Source: Armatimonadota bacterium
GTDB taxonomy: Bacteria > Armatimonadota > SYMT01
DNA: 18,886 bases
NCBI GenBank assembly: GCA_046292385.1
Contig: JBKBRF010000055.1
Span: forward strand, 3,686 to 22,571
Direction of reading: 5' to 3'
Part shown: piece after piece, positions 16,293 to 18,886 of the stretch
Layout of the letters: every line of letters begins with the position of its first letter
Numbering within the stretch: the first letter of the stretch is position 1
Made by a program: the position numbers and the translations under genes
The notes under the pieces: model-generated
The model's database searches: none
The model's input: the letters and a program-made list of their open reading frames with translations, nothing else
What the model was told of the DNA's origin: nothing

Positions 16293-17072
16293 ATGACGAG
16301 CGCGAAAGAGGTCACGGATGCAGGGGCTTCCGCTTTCGTGCCCTCGTACACCGGAGCCGATTCCATGTCTCGCCCCGCGCCGGGTGCCCGGCACCCTCTT
16401 GCTTCGCTCGATCTCGGGGCGGGGCCGCTTGCCGACCTCGCGCCGCGCGTCCCGTTCTGGAAGGGGATGCGGATCGGCGTGCAGGGAGAGCCTTGCGACA
16501 GTCTCTACATCGTGGCGGAGGGGCAGGTGCTTCTGCGCCGCCGCGGCGTGAGTGGGGAGGACTACGCGCTCTACCTGATCGGGCCGGGCGAGGTCTTCGC
16601 GGAGGGCTCGCTCCACCCGAGCGGCAAGTGGCTGGTGAGCGCCCACGCCGTCACCGATGGTGCCGCCCACGTGCTGCCGGCGAGCCAGCTCGGCCGTTTC
16701 GCCCAGTACTACCCCCAGCTCATGGCGCACATCATCTCGCTGCTGAGCACGCGCCTGGAGCGGGCGCACCAGCGGCTCGACATCGTGACGATCAACAGCG
16801 CGCGGGAGCGGCTGCTGGGACTGCTGAAGGTGATGGCCGCGGCGCACGGGCAGGTGCGTGAGGGCAGCACGTGGCTGCCGCTCCGGGTGACGCAGTCCGA
16901 GCTGGGGGAAATGATCTCCCTGGCGCGGGAGACCGTGGCTCGCACCCTCCAGGAGCTGGAGAACGAGGGCGCCATTCGCCGGCAGGGCCGTAAGGGACTC
17001 TGGCTGTGCGGCTGGGTGCCGGCGGAGCAGGCCGCCACCATCGGGCAGCTCCTGAACAACGACGGGACCTGA
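16293..17072 (+). CDS. Crp/Fnr family transcriptional regulator (~259 aa)
   Basis: QGEPCDSLYIVAEGQV, IGPGEVFAE, SARERL and the HTH TQSELGEMISLARETVARTL. AAGGGGGAA precedes ATG 16293; a later MSRPAP start is possible. Confidence 0.92.
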   Translation: MTSAKEVTDAGASAFVPSYTGADSMSRPAPGARHPLASLDLGAGPLADLAPRVPFWKGMRIGVQGEPCDSLYIVAEGQVLLRRRGVSGEDYALYLIGPGEVFAEGSLHPSGKWLVSAHAVTDGAAHVLPASQLGRFAQYYPQLMAHIISLLSTRLERAHQRLDIVTINSARERLLGLLKVMAAAHGQVREGSTWLPLRVTQSELGEMISLARETVARTLQELENEGAIRRQGRKGLWLCGWVPAEQAATIGQLLNNDGT

Positions 17073-17219
17073 AGACCGGGCTCCGTCTCGCCTGGCCTGC
17101 GCTCCGCCTCCTCGCGTCATGATTGCCTGGCTGTCGAGACGGCGTTTACCTCCCCTTAAGGCGACCGTGCGATACTTCCCTGGCGGGGCCGGCGAAGAAG
17201 CGCCGGGGGAGGTAGCACG

Positions 17220-18794
17220 ATGCGACGGGTTCTCGGGTTTGCAGCGGCGGCAGTCCTGGCGGCCGGGGCGTTCTATGCGGTGCAGGCGGGAGGCCGCGAC
17301 GCGTCGGCTCCCGGCGCCGCGAAGGGCGTGGTGTTCCACGATCGGGACCGGGACGGCGTGCGAGACCCGGGCGAGCCCGGCCTCTCCGGCGTCCGCGTCT
17401 CGAACGGGCGGGAGGTAGCGAAGACCAACTCCCGCGGGGAGTGGAGCCTGCCGTCCGCGCCGGACACGATCTTCTTCGTGGTGAAGCCGCGGGGCTGGAT
17501 GACCCCCGTGGACCACCATCAGCTCCCCCGCTTCTACTACCTCCACAAGCCGGACGGCTCTCCCCGCCTCCGCTTCCCCGGCGTCCCCCCCACCGGGCCG
17601 CTGCCGGCTTCGATCGATTTTCCGCTCCACCCGCAGAAGGAGCCGGACCGCTTCCGCGCGATCTTCTTCGCCGATCCGCAGCCGCGAGACCAGAACGAGA
17701 TCGACTACATCGCCCACGACGTGGTGGAGGAGCTGGTCGGCGCCGACGCCTCCTTCGGCGTCACGCTGGGCGACATCCTGTTCGACAACCTCTCGCTCTT
17801 CAACAGCCTGAACGGCACCGTCGCGCTGGTCGGGATCCCCTGGTACAACGTGATCGGCAACCACGACATCAACCAGGATGCGGCGAACGACGAGGACTCG
17901 GACGAGACGTTCCACCGCCACTACGGCCCCTCGTACTACTCGTTCGATCACGGCCCGGTCCACTTCATCGTGCTGGATGACGTGCAGTGGAGCGGCCGCA
18001 CCGCCACCGACCGCGGGCGCTACACCGGCGGGCTGGGGCCGAAGCAGATCGAGTGGGTGAAGAACGACCTGGCGCACGTGCCGGAGAAGCAGCTCGTGGT
18101 GCTGATGATGCACATCCCCCTGGAGGGGGTGGAAGACCGCGCGGAGCTCTACCGGCTGATCGAGCAGCGGCCGTACACGATGTCGATCTCCGGCCACACG
18201 CACTACCAGGAGCATCGCTTCATCACCCGGGAAGACGGCTGGCGCGGCCCGGAGCCGCACCACCACGTGATCAACGTGACCGTCTCCGGAAGCTGGTGGA
18301 GCGGCTCCCCGGACGAGCGCGGCATCCCGCACACGCTGATGCGCGACGGCGCCCCGAACGGCTACTCGATCGCCACGTTCGACGGCCACCGCTACTCCTT
18401 CGAGTTCAAGGCCGCCTCCCGCCCGCGCGACTACCAGATGAACATCTACGCACCCGAAGCGGTGGGCGGCCGCGACGCCGAGGGGACCGAAGTGCTGGTG
18501 AACGTCTTCGCCGGCTCCGCGCGCTCCACGGTGGAGATGCGCCTGGACGGCGGAGACTGGCGCGCGCTGGAGCGGGTGGAGGTGGAGGACCCGGCCTTCC
18601 AGCGGCTGAAGGAAGCGGAGAGCTCCGGCACCCCGCCGCCGGGGCGGAAGCTGCCGAACGTCATCAAGTCGTCCCACATCTGGCGCGGCACCCTCCCGCG
18701 CTACCCGCAGCCGGGAGTGCGCAAGATCGAGGTACGCACCCGCGACATGTGGGGTAAGACCTACAGCGCCTCCCGCGCCATCACCATCCGCTGA
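17220..18794 (+). CDS. Secreted calcineurin-like metallophosphoesterase with N- and C-terminal accessory domains (524 aa)
   Basis: GGAGGT Shine-Dalgarno and signal peptide. GVVFHDRDRDGVRDPGEPG..VSNG N-domain, then ADPQ, LGD, GNHD, MHIP, GHTH, SGSWW and DGAPNGY. Confidence 0.94.
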   Translation: MRRVLGFAAAAVLAAGAFYAVQAGGRDASAPGAAKGVVFHDRDRDGVRDPGEPGLSGVRVSNGREVAKTNSRGEWSLPSAPDTIFFVVKPRGWMTPVDHHQLPRFYYLHKPDGSPRLRFPGVPPTGPLPASIDFPLHPQKEPDRFRAIFFADPQPRDQNEIDYIAHDVVEELVGADASFGVTLGDILFDNLSLFNSLNGTVALVGIPWYNVIGNHDINQDAANDEDSDETFHRHYGPSYYSFDHGPVHFIVLDDVQWSGRTATDRGRYTGGLGPKQIEWVKNDLAHVPEKQLVVLMMHIPLEGVEDRAELYRLIEQRPYTMSISGHTHYQEHRFITREDGWRGPEPHHHVINVTVSGSWWSGSPDERGIPHTLMRDGAPNGYSIATFDGHRYSFEFKAASRPRDYQMNIYAPEAVGGRDAEGTEVLVNVFAGSARSTVEMRLDGGDWRALERVEVEDPAFQRLKEAESSGTPPPGRKLPNVIKSSHIWRGTLPRYPQPGVRKIEVRTRDMWGKTYSASRAITIR

Positions 18795-18886
18795 GGAGCC
18801 CCTGCAACCCGGGGCTCGAGTGGCTCCGGACAGCCCTGCCAAGGGGGGGGGGGGGGGGGGAGGAAAAGGAACGGGCGAGGAGGAAG

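Noticed and set aside
16293..18794. Crp plus phosphodiesterase as a cAMP signalling module
   Set aside because: The phosphoesterase has a signal peptide and belongs to the secreted type, and the Crp pocket looks non-canonical. Adjacency alone is insufficient.
18796..18817. GAGCCCC/GGGGCTC hairpin as an intrinsic terminator
   Set aside because: The 7-bp stem follows the stop codon but has no U-tract and lies next to unreliable terminal sequence.
10184..18842. Long antisense ORFs (10184..12523, 12949..13896, 15014..16201, 16194..18842; likewise 357..1484 and 7808..9472)
   Set aside because: These are typical stop-poor shadow frames opposite real genes in high-GC DNA, with no recognisable motifs.
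18843..18886. 18-nt poly-G run as a phase-variation tract or G-quadruplex
   Set aside because: It sits at the extreme end of the sequence followed by low-complexity purines, most likely a sequencing or assembly-end artefact.

Overview
GC-rich bacterial window with 14 supportable protein-coding genes and no rRNA, tRNA, CRISPR array or transposase. On the minus strand are a DUF192 gene, a 123-aa hypothetical gene, an SDR, a Nif3/YbgI gene, a PfkB kinase and a DHDPS/NAL-family aldolase. The plus strand carries a DUF1549/DUF1553 plus DUF1501 pair, an ankyrin-repeat gene and two exported amidohydrolase-fold genes. These are followed by a small GGMGS-motif gene and an alpha/beta hydrolase (minus), then a Crp/Fnr regulator and a secreted calcineurin-like phosphoesterase (plus). 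The gene content suggests PVC-group, Acidobacteriota or Armatimonadota-like bacteria (inference only). The unusual signal is non-coding: most intergenic gaps hold a small repeat or palindromic element. These include a 185-bp tandem array whose hairpin shows a compensatory base-pair change, a ~100-bp palindromic element present twice in inverted orientation, a 166-bp MITE-like element with 15-bp terminal inverted repeats next to a start codon, and a 23-bp perfect inverted-repeat pair. Several 6-8-bp-period tracts overlap stop codons, and one such family also forms a ~53-codon in-frame insertion inside the DUF1553 domain. A GTGA-N6-TCAC box lies upstream of the Crp gene. All family assignments come from motif recognition by eye, with no database search.
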